Assembly (NCBI GenBank): GCA_011109175.1
Contig: RDEW01000001.1
Span: 988,784-1,052,783, forward strand
Length of the DNA stretch: 64,000 bases
From: Dicyema japonicum
Lineage: Eukaryota > Animalia > Dicyemida
Reading direction: 5' to 3'
Made by a program: the position numbers and the translations under genes. The notes beneath the pieces were generated by a model. The model saw only the letters and a program-made list of their open reading frames with translations. It had not been told where the DNA came from and ran no database searches. Of the stretch, positions 1 through 12,918 are shown one piece after another (the first letter of the stretch is position 1; every line of letters begins with the position of its first letter).

Positions 1-649
1 AGGTCGAGCAGCAGACGAGATTCATAAATGTCAATCAATGTGAATAATTTGTTAATCAATTATTTAATGGAAATTAATGAGTGAGGTGTCTGATTGTACA
101 TAACACAGCATTTCGAAATCATCATGTTGTTTAAGTGGTAGTGCAAACTGGCATATATCGCAGTCTTTATGACTATAAATAATACTTTTTTAATTGCACA
201 TAATCTTTTACGGCACAATATATCTAAAGCTTTGTGTCCACTGTGACAAGGTCTTCGCAGTTGAGACATCTATTCCTCTCATTCTAATCTTTATTAAGTT
301 TTAGCAATTGTTATCGGAAATCAATGATGCTGTAAGACAAATCGTGGCGGCCCTGTAGATCCAAGTATTCAGTTTTGTCCTTAGTTTATCTCTCTGATGT
401 GCAGGTTTCTTGAGTATAACTTTCTGGCTAAGCTATCCAAGTAATCTCTCATGAGATCTTTAGCTTGTTTACTGACTTGATCAATTACCAGAAAATACAA
501 ACTATATCTAATTTTTCAAGCTGACCTAAATATAGTTGATATAATAATTATTAGAAAGTAGAACGGCTAGTTGGCTGGTAAGCTGGTTGGCCAGATTGGT
601 AAAACACATTGACAAAAGTCATTGCCACAAAAGGAAAAAGGCTGCCAAT

Positions 650-860
650 CATATTTTTAGTTATCATTATTGAACCAGAAAACCACCGTCAGATCCAAAA
701 TAAACAAAATCCAATTAATCCCGGCCTCCCTCAACAGTCTTCGCATCTTTTCTTGGTGTTCCGACTGCGTTCCTACGCATTTCCGATATGGATAAGGTCC
801 GCATACTCGAGCATTCGCAGGAGCACTGTTCCAGTCGCCTCTATCATGCTTTCTTGGTTT
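650..860 (-). mobile_element. 3' end of APE-RT non-LTR element (family A), 5'-truncated
   Basis: Minus-strand frame PYRKCVGTQSEHQEKMRRLLREAGIN matches the ORF C-terminus seen at 8170-8250 (RPVRACVGTRKEHREKMRILTERIGIT*) and 33655-33750 (PRPYRKCVGSRSEHREKMVRFLRDARIT*). Confidence 0.7.
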
Positions 861-1002
861 CTGGGGAGGATTTCCACACGGGAATATTTCCTCAGTAGGT
901 TTGCTGCCTTCACTCGAATGTTGCATTATTCTTTGAAAAAAGAAAAATTTTTGAAATTCGCGGAACCCCAAGAATATTCCGTGGAACTCAAGTTGGGAAA
1001 CA

Positions 1003-1068
1003 CTTGTCTTGCGGTAAAGATTTCGGATTTTCATTTCAATAACCCCGGTTCAATTCCCAGACGCGGAA
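1003..1068 (+). pseudogene. degenerate tRNA-Glu(TTC)-like sequence
   Basis: Resembles tRNA-Glu: GCGGTAAAGATT D-arm region, TTTTCA anticodon loop, B-box GGTTCAATTCC and 3' CGCGGAA. Stems pair poorly. Confidence 0.4.
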
Positions 1069-1579
1069 TTTTTTTTGAACTTTAAGAATTTTATTCTATT
1101 GACTATTTCGTTTTAGACCACGTGGACTTTTTAAGGAGCAATCAACTTTTACAAAACAACTCAGTTCCATGTTTATAATACTGAGTTATTAAATAATTAT
1201 TTCCCTCAAAAAGAAATTATTATAAGAAAAACAATAGCGTTTGATGATAAAAACCACGGCATCTGGTGCTGGTTCGTTTTCCAGCCGATCTCAGTTGAGA
1301 CGTTCGGCGTTATCGACCCATGCACGTCCGAGTTTAACAGGTTAATCGAATCGCTTGTAGGACTGAGGATGGGTGAGCCCAAAATAAAACGTAGGCTCAT
1401 TTAGAAAAGAAATTGGGCACGCGAACGTAACTCCCATTGGGTGCTCAATGTTTGCACGCCATAATAGATACCATACCATATCAACTAACTTTATTTTTAT
1501 TTTAATAAAATTAATAATAAGAATAATAAAATTATTATTTTTTGACATTATTTAAATGCAAGAGCCTATTAACTTAAAA

Positions 1580-1655
1580 CAGTGGAACGCATCGGTTCAT
1601 GCGTGGTTAGTTTGGTTTTGCCGTTGTCTTAGGTGTTAAATAATAATAAAACTAA
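1580..1655 (+). mobile_element. isolated family A LINE 3' tail
   Basis: GAACGCATCGGTTCATGCGTGGTTAGTTTGGTTTTGCCGTTGTCTTAGGTGTTAAA matches the tail at 8228-8290. Confidence 0.65.
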
Positions 1656-1699
1656 AAATAACAGGGTTCTCCTACTAGTTCTTTCAGAATAACTATACC

Positions 1700-2950
1700 T
1701 GTCAGATTTCTAAGAGCGTCCACTCTTAGCTATAACATTTTTGCTAGCCCTCGGTTTCTTTCTTTTGAAAAGGCCTGGGATACATAGATAAATTAACTGA
1801 AAACTAAAACTATGTGGGATTCGAATCAGTATATTACATTCAAAAATATGGGGATATTTTGAATCCAACTAAAATTTTCGCTACTGAATTAGACTTTTAC
1901 CTATGTGTTGAGGGATTTATGATAAAATGTATTAATTTGCTGTGTTCACTCATTAGCTTCCGAAACTGACTAACATCTGACTTTAAAAGATCAATCAGTA
2001 ATAAATCAACAATTATTCAGTATCTTCTTTTTCCTTCTAACTTTAACCAAAGCGACAATCATCTTTACTGTAATTCTCGTTATATGGATAAATGGACAAA
2101 GGTGTACAATAAATCGTTCGAAAATACTATGCTCAATTGAGAACCAATAGATTCTTTAGAATTGAAAGATCTTTATGGTGATTTCTAGTCAACAGAGAAT
2201 GTCTAGAACTGAGAAATCTTTATGGGTGTATTGTTGGTCTTTGATGATTCTGTAGGGAGATAAAGAATCATCTTTACCAACACCTGATTGGAGTTCAAAA
2301 GAGAAAGTAAATGCACAGATCGCCAGAGCCGACAGATTAGATTCGTGGTCCTCGAATTTGACGTTCAAGAGCCGTACAGCAATGGAACAAATAAGTTCAT
2401 TGATTAGAGCTGTTATGTTCTCATGAAACAAGGTCCCTGGAAAAAACGTAATTATATTTTTTTATTAGCAAGGCTAAAATATTGAGGTAAGCTTCGGCTC
2501 TGAGTTTGCGCAATCTCGGATGATAGACTGAATTATTGTTACTTGGACAGCTTCAAATCGATAGAAAAGGCTAAAATATTGAAATAAGCTTCGGCTCTGA
2601 GTTCGCGCAATCTGGATGATAGACTGAAGAATTGTTACTTGGACAGCTTCAAATCGATAGAAAAAGCGATCAAATACTTTACTTGCACAATCCTAGAAGC
2701 AAGATCATTGGCTATTCCAAAGCATCGTCTAAATTCCTCTAATAGTCGAAAAAAGTCGGCATTGATCAAAGAAATAAATCACCTTATAAAATCTAATTGG
2801 ATCAAATTAGAAACGAAACACCGGATCAGAGCTCTAAACAACGAAATATGGCCCGAGAGTTCAAGTCCCAGCGTGTTTCTTAGTGAGGCTTTCTAAATCT
2901 GTTTGAGAAATAACGCAAAGTTATTTATTGCCGCATAGCATGAGAGCCCG
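1700..2950 (-). pseudogene. fragmented reading frame of unknown product (probable gene remnant)
   Basis: Several short helical-looking minus-strand frames (including ORF 2189-2431) broken by stops; no family recognised. Confidence 0.25.
2470..2665. repeat. tandem duplication, ~97 bp x2
   Basis: AAGGCTAAAATATTGA...ATCGATAGAAAA starts at 2470 and 2567. Confidence 0.9.
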
Positions 2951-3942
2951 GGTCAATCTTCATGTCAGACTGATATGTCAAACTTTTTATTCAAAATATC
3001 ACAAGGTAGTACAAGAATTACCTAATGAATACACAATAACTAATTTCGGTGGAGGGTTACCACATGGGAAGCTGCACTAAAGAATTTGTAAAAATTTCTA
3101 GTTTACCCTGTCAATACTCCCCGACATGTGTATTCTCTGATCTTATTTACACAAGTTATCCACAATTCAGGAATCAGCCAGAGCTGTAAAACACCATATC
3201 GACTCTATGCCACTTGAAGCACTTATACAAGAAAACATAAAAATCTCAAAGCGACCACCCATCAATGAACCCTCTTTACTACATTTTTCTCAGATATCTT
3301 GAAACTCAATGAAATATGGTCAAACATCTAACCAATGAGAAGACTACTCAAATTGTGTGTCTTTTTCAATATAGGAATTTTTCTATCTGTTTACCATCGT
3401 TTGGTTAATTAAACTAAATCTTTATTATTTTCATAAATGCATGATATTAATTTTCTGAGATCACATAAAGCTTATCAAACTATAAATAAGCTAAGAGTTC
3501 ACTGATAGTTAGTTTAGCGAATCTGATAGCCACCCTTAGAGGGAATAACCATGTTATCGGGGTAGCCGCTGTATGACCCTTTTTATATTATTCTCTTTTA
3601 AAAATAAGAAAAATCTCAAGTAATTGCTAGAATTTAAAAAATAACGTGATTCAATGATTTTTTCGATATTTTAGATACTTTGGTATTATTAGCATTATTA
3701 CATTAAATATTTCATGAATTCTTATAATTTATTCAGAAACAATCAAATTAAGCCAAATAATCACAAAGTTCTTTTATGAAACAATTAAATCACTAAATAA
3801 TAATCGTCTGAATATTATTCCTATAACAATTGTCTATTAATTTGATTCACTTTAATTGTTAGTTAGTTGATAAGTTTGTAGTCCATTCTTTGTTATTTCT
3901 CTTTATTTTCTCATTAGAGAGGTGACCAGTTTCAATAACGGC

Positions 3943-4371
3943 AACAGAATGATCATTTGTTCTCACAGATTACATTCGATATTATTTGAAGGGATATCCA
4001 CAACTGTGGTTTTTGATTGTATGTGGACTTTGTAGGATTTATTACTCTGCTACTGCGATCGTAGATGCTGTTTACTTTCAATAGGTTGTTAACTAATAAA
4101 TCCTTTCTCGTTATTCTATGTAAATTAACTTAAACTAGTCATTTAAAAGTGCTAATAACAGAATGATCATTTGTTCTCACAGATTACATTTTATCATTAA
4201 TTGAAGGGATATCCACAACTGTGGTTTTTGATTGTATGTGGACTTTGTAGGATTTATTACTCTGCTACTGCGATCGTAGATGCTGTTTACTTTCAATAGG
4301 TTGTTAACTAATAAATCCTTTCTCGTTATTCTGTGTAAATTAACTTAAACTAGTCATTTAAAAGTGCTAAT
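3943..4371. repeat. tandem duplication, ~214 bp x2
   Basis: AACAGAATGATCATTTG...AAAAGTGCTAAT starts at 3943 and 4157, near identical. Confidence 0.9.
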
Positions 4372-4470
4372 ATGACTTTCAGTGATTACTTTAGATTAAG
4401 TTCCTACATTTAATTGATATTATTTTTTTTGTGGAAACAATGAGCCAAGTTAGATATCTGTTAGTTTAAG

Positions 4471-5609
4471 TTAAATTAGTATGTTAACTAAAATCCATCC
4501 AATTACGAGGAATGTTACTTCCACTGGAGGAGAAACTGACGAAGTACTGAATTTTCGGGCATGCGTGCTTACTATAAATTAGAGTTAATTGTTAAACTTG
4601 TTATGCTAGAATCTTCAAATAAAATGATAAGTTGATTAAACGTGGAATTAAAATAATTTACCTTCAGTTGTAGTCATCGAAGTAGTTGTAGTTGTCAAAT
4701 CTATGAATAAAAAATACATAATATGAATTGATTAAACGTGGAATTAAAATAATTTACCTCTAGTTGTAGTGGGAGAAAGTGTAGTTGTATATCCTAATGG
4801 TAATAAAATACATTATAATAATAAAATATCATAATATGAATTGATTAAACGTGGAATTAAAATAATTTACCTTCAGTTGAAGTGTGAGAAAGTGTAGTTG
4901 TATATCCTAATGGTAATAAAATACATTATAATAATAAAATATCAATAAAAACACGATGATTACCAATTACAGGTTCAATTCTTACGTTATTTAAATCTCT
5001 AAAACGGCAAGTAGTGGCTTTAAATAATTATAAAAATACCCCTTTCGGAAAGTAATGTAAATATATCTCCTCGGAATTGAACAATTTGCACTTCTAAGTG
5101 AAGAATGTTGAGAATAAAATGATTATTAAAATGTCGAATATGATTGCATTTATAAAAAGTTTCATTGTCAAATCTTTCATTCACATTTAAAATAGAGTCA
5201 TCAAGATCAGTAGCATCTATCTTTAAGGGCAAAATACAACCAATTCTGACATAAATGCGTTGCAGAATATTATAATAACTATCCCTTTTAATTCTAAATC
5301 CAACTACAACATTTTCTTTTTGAAGATAGAGGTTGAATGAATCATTTCCTAAACTCTTATATTGAGTAACTGAATAGTTAAAATTGATAACTCGTTCCTA
5401 CTATTGTCACATATATTTACAATTCCATCAAGTGTAAGCACCAAATCAATTACCGCACTAAATATAATGGTATAGTCGGTTTTCACACCTATGTTAAATA
5501 TTCGAATTGGATGATTTTCATCTGTAATAGAAATGATTCCAAGTCCTACCAAACTAAAAAAAAGCACAATTCCTATAAATTTATTTCATTTTAACAAACC
5601 TCCAATCAT
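4471..5609 (-). CDS. LAMP-like domain surface protein: signal peptide, Thr-rich stalk, C-terminal hydrophobic (GPI-like) tail; ~266 aa, 9 exons
   Basis: Hand model with all GT-AG introns and an open frame. Exons: 5600-5609, 5421-5572, 5040-5397, 4964-5017, 4871-4906, 4758-4793, 4662-4700, 4598-4612, 4471-4571. N-term MIGGIVLFFSLVGLGII; FYKCN..FILNILHLEVQIVQFRGDIF..TTCRFRD resembles the LAMP domain C-terminal half; ends VEVTFLVIGWILVNILI*. Confidence 0.75.
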
Positions 5610-6171
5610 TAAATTCGTTGATGAAATGGTAATTATTAACGAATAATTTGTTATAAAAATTATTAAAATAAAATTAATTTAATTAAAAATAATTTAATAA
5701 AAATAAATTATTTTTTTGTTATTAAAGAAAAGTAAAATATGTAAATTATGAATTAATTAAAATATAAAATATGCATATTTCTCTTCCATCCTTGTTTTTT
5801 TCCTTTGTTCAACTAAAAAAATCATTTGGTCGACCTGTTTTAGGTGCTAGGGTGCTATAAAAAGGATTTTTTGTTACGACAGCTTGAAAGAGATGTTTTT
5901 GTTCTTTTCCTTTGTTTCAAATACTCTTGTGTATAATATTGAAAACTCTTATGCTTCTATCTCGTCTTTAGATACATTTACTTAGTCGTTAACTTTTTTG
6001 TGTTTCCGAGGATAATAAATGATAGGAGCACAGAAGAGTGAACCCAGAACGGTCCAATGACTCTTCCAAAACTATATCCTTGTAGCGTAATTAAGCAAGA
6101 AAGGTATTGCATTAAATTTACTGTAGTGTATTATGGGGGCGAAGTTGAATTGTGATAGAATTACAGAGTAT

Positions 6172-7565
6172 TTATTTTTTTACCTGAATGTGACAATATC
6201 AGATAATATTTTAGAATACGAGATTTTTTGGAACAATTTTGGGCAAATTTAAGAGACTTTACTGTATTAGTAAACGAGATTTGAACAAATTTGATGAACA
6301 AATATTTCAAACGTACTATTGATTCCCCAATGACTCTGCAACAAAATCTTTAGATTCGGTTATTTATAAAATCTAATTAGCTTTTCATGGATAGCGAGAA
6401 AAAAGAGATCATGCCAGATAAATGTATTCGATGCTTGGTAAACGAATTGCTTTTATAGAACTTTCAACAAAGGAATGCAAGGTACTAGTGATTGCGAAAG
6501 AACTTCAGAATTGTTATTCTTTTTGGATCTTTGAGATCATTAGGTCAATTCGATATGTGAATGATATGAACAGAGCAATGATAACTTCGTGGAACAGTGG
6601 CGTCTTTGGGGTAGGATCATGAAGTCATTCATCAGACTGATTAAATTAAATTATTAACCCCGGCTTCGCCAGCAAGTGGGAAGCCGGCGACCATCAAAGA
6701 GCGTGCAGTCCGGACAGGCCGCTCCCAGAGATCCTCGACTTTTGCATCCGGTGGTCCAGGGCAGGGAAAAAATCTGGATTAATTTTCTTTTATGACGTTG
6801 TGGCTCACCAAGAGGTGTCATTTGGTTGTGCCTGTGCCCTACACAGCACACATGAAAAAGAACCACACTATTTCCCTATCGTCTCTCTTCAAGGAGATCT
6901 CGATGGCGACCATTGAGCGGGCACGAAGTTTTCGCTCCCAAGAATCCATCAGACTGATATGTCGATATTAATAATTTTAATAATTGTTTTAAAATTTTAA
7001 AATTAAATTTTAATTCACTCGTTGAAATATTAAATTTTAATGTCAGGTGTGCGTAAACAATCACGGACTATAGTACAGGAAAACAGAGGATTAAAATATG
7101 AATGGGGGGAAAGTTCTTTATGATTAAAATACATGGCAAAGTACATTGTTTAATATGTCACNGATAATTTTTACCTGAATGTGACAATATCAGATAATGT
7201 TTTAGAATACGAGATTTTCAGGAACAATTTTGGGCCAATTTAAGAGACTTTACTGTATTAGTAAACGAGATTTGAACAAATTTGATGAACAAATATTTCA
7301 AACGTACTGTCGATTCCTTATTGACTTTGCAACAAAATCTTTAGATTCGCTTCTCTTTAAAATCCAATTAGCTTTTCATGGATTGCGAGAAAAAAGAGAT
7401 CATGCCAGATAAACGTATTCGATGCTTGGTAAACGAATTGCTTTTATAGAACATTCAACAAAGGAATGCAAGGTACTAGATATTGCGAAAGAATTTAAGT
7501 ATTGTTATTCTTTTTGATCCTTGAGATCATTAGGTCAATTCGATATATGAATGATGTGAACAGAT
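6172..7565. repeat. ~400 bp dispersed duplication (6172-6575 / 7167-7565), second copy begins just after a single N
   Basis: TTTTTACCTGAATGTGACAATATCAG... is present twice; N at 7162. Confidence 0.85.
6960..7161 (+). mobile_element. fragment of GTF2IRD2-type hAT transposase 5' region
   Basis: Near identical to 10760-10960 (MSGVRKQSRTIVQENRG..). Confidence 0.8.
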
Positions 7566-7799
7566 CAAATTATTTTTTACTAATGTTTTTTTAAATAATT
7601 TTTTTTTTCAAATTCTCAAATTGACCAAAATTCCAAATTGGCAAAAATATTTCAGGGACAATTTTGGTCTAATTTAATTTACATCAAATTATTTCATGGA
7701 ATTTTTATAATTTATTCAGAAACAATCAAATTAAGCCAAATAATCATAAAGTTCTCTTAAGAAACAACTCAATTTGAATAACAAATTTCTTAAGTAGAC

Positions 7800-8290
7800 G
7801 GAGGGGACGTGTATGCCTCGGAGGAATGAATCAGTTTCGCGTCTTCTTCCAAACGGTGTCCCCCAAGGATTTCCTTTATCTCCCGCTTTATTCAATTTAT
7901 ACCTGGCCGACCTCCCGACACCGGAAGCGTCTTCTTCCAAACGGTGTCCCCCAAGGATTTCCTTTATCTCCCGCTTTATTCAATTTATACCTGGCCGACC
8001 TCCCGACACCGGAATTCAATAACGATGTTCTACTCTCATACGCGGACGACATAGTTTTAGCCTTGCGTGATCGGGATATCCAAAATGAACCGGACCTACT
8101 ACTCTGGCGGCCCTCATTAAACAAAACTCCGGCATGCGTGAAGGTGGCCCTGCAAATACAGTCAGCCGCCCAGTACGAGCATGTGTGGGTACGAGAAAGG
8201 AGCACCGGGAAAAGATGAGGATTTTAACGGAACGCATCGGGATCACGTGATAGTTAGTTTTGGTTTTACCGTGGTCTTGGGTGTTAAAAA
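7800..8290 (+). mobile_element. family A LINE fragment (RT core + 3' end) with internal 88 bp duplication
   Basis: GVPQGFPLSPALFNLYLADLP..DVLLSYADDIVLA RT motifs; ..RIGIT* followed by the family tail; duplication at 7839 and 7927. Confidence 0.9.
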
Positions 8291-8316
8291 ATAAAATAAT
8301 AAATAATAATAAAATA

Positions 8317-9618
8317 CAGTAAACTCTATCAAATATGCCACTTTTAAATTTGCCAATTCTGAAATTTGCCATTTTTATCGATTTTTTCTATTTTTTAATA
8401 ATATTTGCTAATTCTGAAATTTGCCATCATTTTAAAAAATTATTTTTATTTTTTTTAAATATTTTTAAAAATTTAAAAAATTTAAAACAAGCATGGGTTG
8501 GATTGTTCCTGTTGGAGGCTACACCAGACTTTCAATTGCCCAAAAAGTGGAAATATTGGGTATAAAGAAACCAATAAATCAGCTTCATGTCAGATGAAAT
8601 GCAACAGATTTTCTTCTATTTTTAAAAGGAGAATCCCAAGTAGGACAGTCAATGCAATATTAATGAATGCAAAATCGCTTTTATTTCAGTTCAAGAACAG
8701 AAATCCTATACTAAAAACTTGTAAAAATTAAAATAGCCGGAACTTGATGAAAATCTAGTAGATTGGATGGAATCAAAAGGTACACTATTCACTCTAACAT
8801 TTAAGGTGCTTTATTGAACGATTCTCTAATATTACACAAGGCAGAATTTTTCGACCTATGGATCTGGGAATCATCAAATCATTCAAAGTTCATTTTACAA
8901 AGCACAAATTTCTACATTTAACGGATATATTGGAATGCGAAAAGAACTTGATATATGAATCATATAAGAAGTTAAATCTCAGGGATACTGTATTGTTTGT
9001 AAAAATGGCATGGGAAGATGTGAAATCCCAAACAATTTCAAACAGTTTTAAATGTCTAGAACGTACAGAATGCGAATCAGAACTTACCAACATAAATTTA
9101 ACCGATGAAATCGTATCCAGAACAGATATTTATGATCCTATTGAATTAGAGAATTTATTTCAATTGATTACAGTGAAAAGGATGCAATTGATGATGAAGA
9201 GAAATTAATTGCTATTGAGGAACAAGAAGAATCCGGTAGTGTAGAAGTACATGGGTCATTAAACAAGGTTGAAATGCTTTTAAAACTAAGAGAGATTGAA
9301 AATTATCTTCTAGAAAACATTGAAAATGGGAATGATACCTAATTCATTACTTCTATAAGAAGATATAAAAAAATATTACAAATTCTAATAAGAGGCAATT
9401 GGGAATTGAGTATTATTTTAATAAAATTTAATTAATTTTTGTTTCTTTGGTTAAAAATATTGTTTTCCTTAAAAATAAAATTTATTAATTTTAAAAGTTT
9501 AATTATCCTTTAATAAATTAATTAAAAATTCAAATAAAATTTTATTCTTAAATCTGCCAATTCTCAAATTTGCCACAATTTCGCTAAAACCAAATATGGC
9601 AAATTTGAGAGTTTACTG
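8317..9618 (+). mobile_element. Tigger/pogo-like DNA transposon, defective
   Basis: TIRs CAGTAAACTCT..CAAAT.TGCCA at both ends, TA flanks at 8315-16 and 9619-20; DDE_1 C-terminal motif (P)MDLGIIKSFK at 8858. Confidence 0.9.
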
Positions 9619-9859
9619 TAAATAACTATGGTTAACCAATAAATTATTTAAACAACGTGGTCGACTTTGAGTTAAAATATTGATTGTGGTTTACCTTTTT
9701 TTCACTCTCTTTATTGAAGTCAATTTTGTTATTATCAAAATATTGGACGTACTACTATTTTTATACTCTTTTTAAAGAAGAAATATTTATGTTTCATTCA
9801 ATATTGAATATCCTTTTTTTAAAGAAGATATATTATTTTGTCGTCAATATTTTGGAGTT

Positions 9860-10190
9860 CTTCGAAGATTGCGGGACATACCCTGTGTTGAGACTTGTAA
9901 CGGAGAACTTCAAACAGAAAATGCGGACCCTCCTTGAAAAGCTTTACCTTATCCCATCAATTCCAAGAGCTTTGTTTGGAACTCTATAATTATTTGCTTC
10001 ACCTCTGCTGTAGTAATAATATCCATGCGCCATGTCCCAACATGCTCGTCCAGGATTATCATACTCAGAAGAGATTCTTCGGATACAGGGTCCTTTGGAT
10101 CACTCCCTTGAATTTTCTCGTGTTGGATGAGAAATGTCACAACTATTTCTGGCCTGTTTTATCATTAATTTTCTCAAGTCGTCAGAAATG
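9860..10190 (-). mobile_element. non-LTR RT N-terminal fragment
   Basis: IITTAEVKQII..LFKEGPHFLFEVL..TGYVP, similar to 44760-44880 (IFKEGPEDLLFVL..CGYVPDWWK). Confidence 0.55.
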
Positions 10191-10260
10191 GTCCTTCTCT
10201 TTGATGGATTTTCCTTTCAGGCAAGACGGGAAACGACCAGGTGGAATCACTTGTCATATT
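10190..10260 (+). mobile_element. CRE-like RLE fragment
   Basis: RQDGKRPGGIT matches the RRDGKRPD motif at 12690. Confidence 0.5.
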
Positions 10261-10749
10261 GATTTTTTTTAAATAAAAAAGTGGTTTTTAAAATTTTATT
10301 TATTAATTTCATGAGTTTTATGATGTTCCTTGATCCAAAAAATATATTTACCATTATCTAACGTTAATGATTCGCTAAGTGTCACTATTGATCGGATAAG
10401 TGACTCTATTGATAGGGAAGCTGACTCTATTGGTCGAGAAACCATATATTAATGTATCATTCAATATTGACATGGACAAACATGACCCTACAAATAATAA
10501 TACTTTAAATGGAGTCATTTGATTTGTCCCCCTGAAGGGACATAGCGGTGATCGAAATGACGTTGAGCGTCATTTCATTAAAACTCAATCTATGTAGCGC
10601 ACAGCCATATTGCAAAGGAGAGATAAACAGTAGTACCACAACTATACAGTATCTCTAGGATGGATAGTCCCTACATTATCACCAACTACAGAGGTGGGTG
10701 AACACTGTCTCTTCAGCAGCTTTTTAGAATGCGAGACAATTGCCATATC

Positions 10750-12332
10750 TCACCATTATTAATAATAGTTTTAATAATTGTTTTAAAATTTAAAAAAATA
10801 ATTTTAATTCACTCGTTGAAATATTATTTATTTAATGTCAGGTGTGCGTAAACAATCACGGATTATAGTACAGGAAAACAGAGGATTCAAATATGAATGG
10901 GGGGAAAAGTTCTTTAAGATTAAAATAAATGGCAAAGTACATTGTTTAATATGTCACGCAACGATAACATCGTTAAAAACCTACTCCGTCAAAAGACATT
11001 ATCAACAGCACGAATCAATTTATGATTGTTTTCAAGGCGATTCTAGAAAACAAAAAGTCGTTTTGTTAAAATCCATTTAATGTGGTGCCTTTTCCAAAGC
11101 CGCAAACATGGCTTCAACAAAAATTAGTAATTTTATAGCAAAGCATATGAAGCCATATACTGATGGCGGAATTTTGAAAGAAAATTTAAATATTTTTTAA
11201 ATGAAATTGATGCCGATTATGGAGATGTGATTCTTCATACTGCAGTTAGATGGTTATTTCGTTCTGCATGTCTAAAAAGGTATATCATTTAATATTTAGA
11301 AATTATTTATAGGTTTTTATAAATTGCTTCCTGAAATTAAAAAANATGATTGTTTTCAAGGCAATTCTAGAAAACAAAAAGTCGTTTTGTTAAAATCCCA
11401 ATATTTCAAACAATCTTCATTTTTTAATGTGGTGCCTCTTCCAAAGATACAAATATGGCTTTAACAAAAATTAGTCATCTTATAGCAAAGCATATGAAGC
11501 CATATACTGATGGCGGAATTTTGAAGGATAATTTAAATATTTTTTAAATGAAATTGATGCCGATTATGGAGATGTGATTCTTCATGCTGCAGTTAGATGG
11601 TTATTTCGTTCTGCATGTCTAAAAAGGTATATCATTTAATATTTAGAAATTATTTATAAGTTTTATAAATTGCTTCCTGAAATTAAAAAAAATTTAATCA
11701 AGATAAAGTACATCATCTTCAACTGTATGATCAAAAATTGGTTCCAGATTAGCCCTTTTTTGTTGATATGTCATTCCAAATGGAATTGACTGAATTGACA
11801 GCCGATTTACAGTTGAACGCTTTATTTAACAACACTTCTCTTATCAAATCTTACCAATCTCTACCAAAAGAAAAAATTAACAATTTTCTGACACATGAAT
11901 ATTTAAATTTCGGATCAACTTATGTTTGTGAATTCATTTTCAGCTAAATGGTTCAAATAAAGACAAATACCGGAATAAACTGACAGATATGAATCTAAAT
12001 CAGTTGTTACGGACCTCGACATCTTCTATTGTACCAGTTTTTAAAGAGCTAGTTGATTAATGGTTTATAAATATACTTTTGCTTTCTTTTTTAACCCTGG
12101 GTCANGAATGTTTCAATTTCGGATCAACTTATGTTTGTGAATTCATTTTCAGCTAAATGGTTCAAATAAAGACAAATACCGGAATAAACTGACAGATATG
12201 AATCTAAATCAGTTGTTACGGACCTCGACATCTTCTATTGTACCAGTTTTTAAAGAGCTAGTTGATTAATGGTTTATAAATATACTTTTGCTTTCTTTTT
12301 TAACCCTGGGTCAAAATTCTTGAAAACCACTG
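10750..12332 (+). mobile_element. hAT transposon (GTF2IRD2/SPIN-like), defective
   Basis: BED-like FKYEW..HCLICH..SVKRHY, HTAVRWL motif, right TIR TTGAAAACCACTG ending at 12332 followed by nnnTAnnn (GTCTATAA). Left TIR not securely found. N-join duplications at 11345 and 12105. Confidence 0.8.
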
Positions 12333-12384
12333 GTCTATAAAAAAATAAGCAAGATAATTATATTTAAACAAAAAAACAATCAAC

Positions 12385-12535
12385 CGACGGATATACACTA
12401 GCCGCCCTGACTTCATGGCTATTCGGTCTCAGGATGGCTAGCGTGATTCGGCAAAGTAGTAACAGCGCTCACGGAGATCTCTTGTTCGTGTAGAAATCAG
12501 ATTTCCTAGACGACACAGGAATTCCAGCAAAAATA
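12385..12535 (-). mobile_element. CRE-like element 3' end
   Basis: LLEFLCRLGNLISTRTRDLRERC.. matches 32350-32460. Confidence 0.7.
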
Positions 12536-12574
12536 TAAGCTAGATTCAATTTTTATTTTTATTAAACTGACCTT

Positions 12575-12918
12575 TCTCCAGTAGGAACAGTGCAGGCAGA
12601 TTTCCCAGACACATGGCCTTGAAGGAAGTCGTTAGACGAGCTTTGGACGACGCCGGACACCCCTCCATGCTTGAACCAGTCGGTCTTTGCAGGCGCGACG
12701 GGAAACGACCAGATAAGATGACAATCTCCCCTTTTGAAGTCGGGAAACCTCTTGTCTGGGACTACCTGCAGCGACACGTTTGTCACTTGCAATGAAACGG
12801 GAAAAGTACGCGGTCCTACACAAGGATTCTTTGTTTGTTCCACTCGCCGTTGAGACGTTTGGTTCTCTTGTGCTTGCGACTCTGGAATACTTGAGTCGTC
12901 TAGGGAATCGGATCGCTA
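12575..12918 (+). mobile_element. CRE-like non-LTR fragment (RLE domain), runs into gap
   Basis: [61 protein letters not shown]. Confidence 0.85.

Noticed and set aside
609-1085. 158 aa ORF as a host gene
   Set aside because: Antisense to a LINE 3' end and overlapping a tRNA-like remnant.
4625-4925. Repeat-spacer pattern resembling a CRISPR array
   Set aside because: The repeats are homologous introns and the spacers are Thr-rich mini-exons of a eukaryotic gene; no cas genes.
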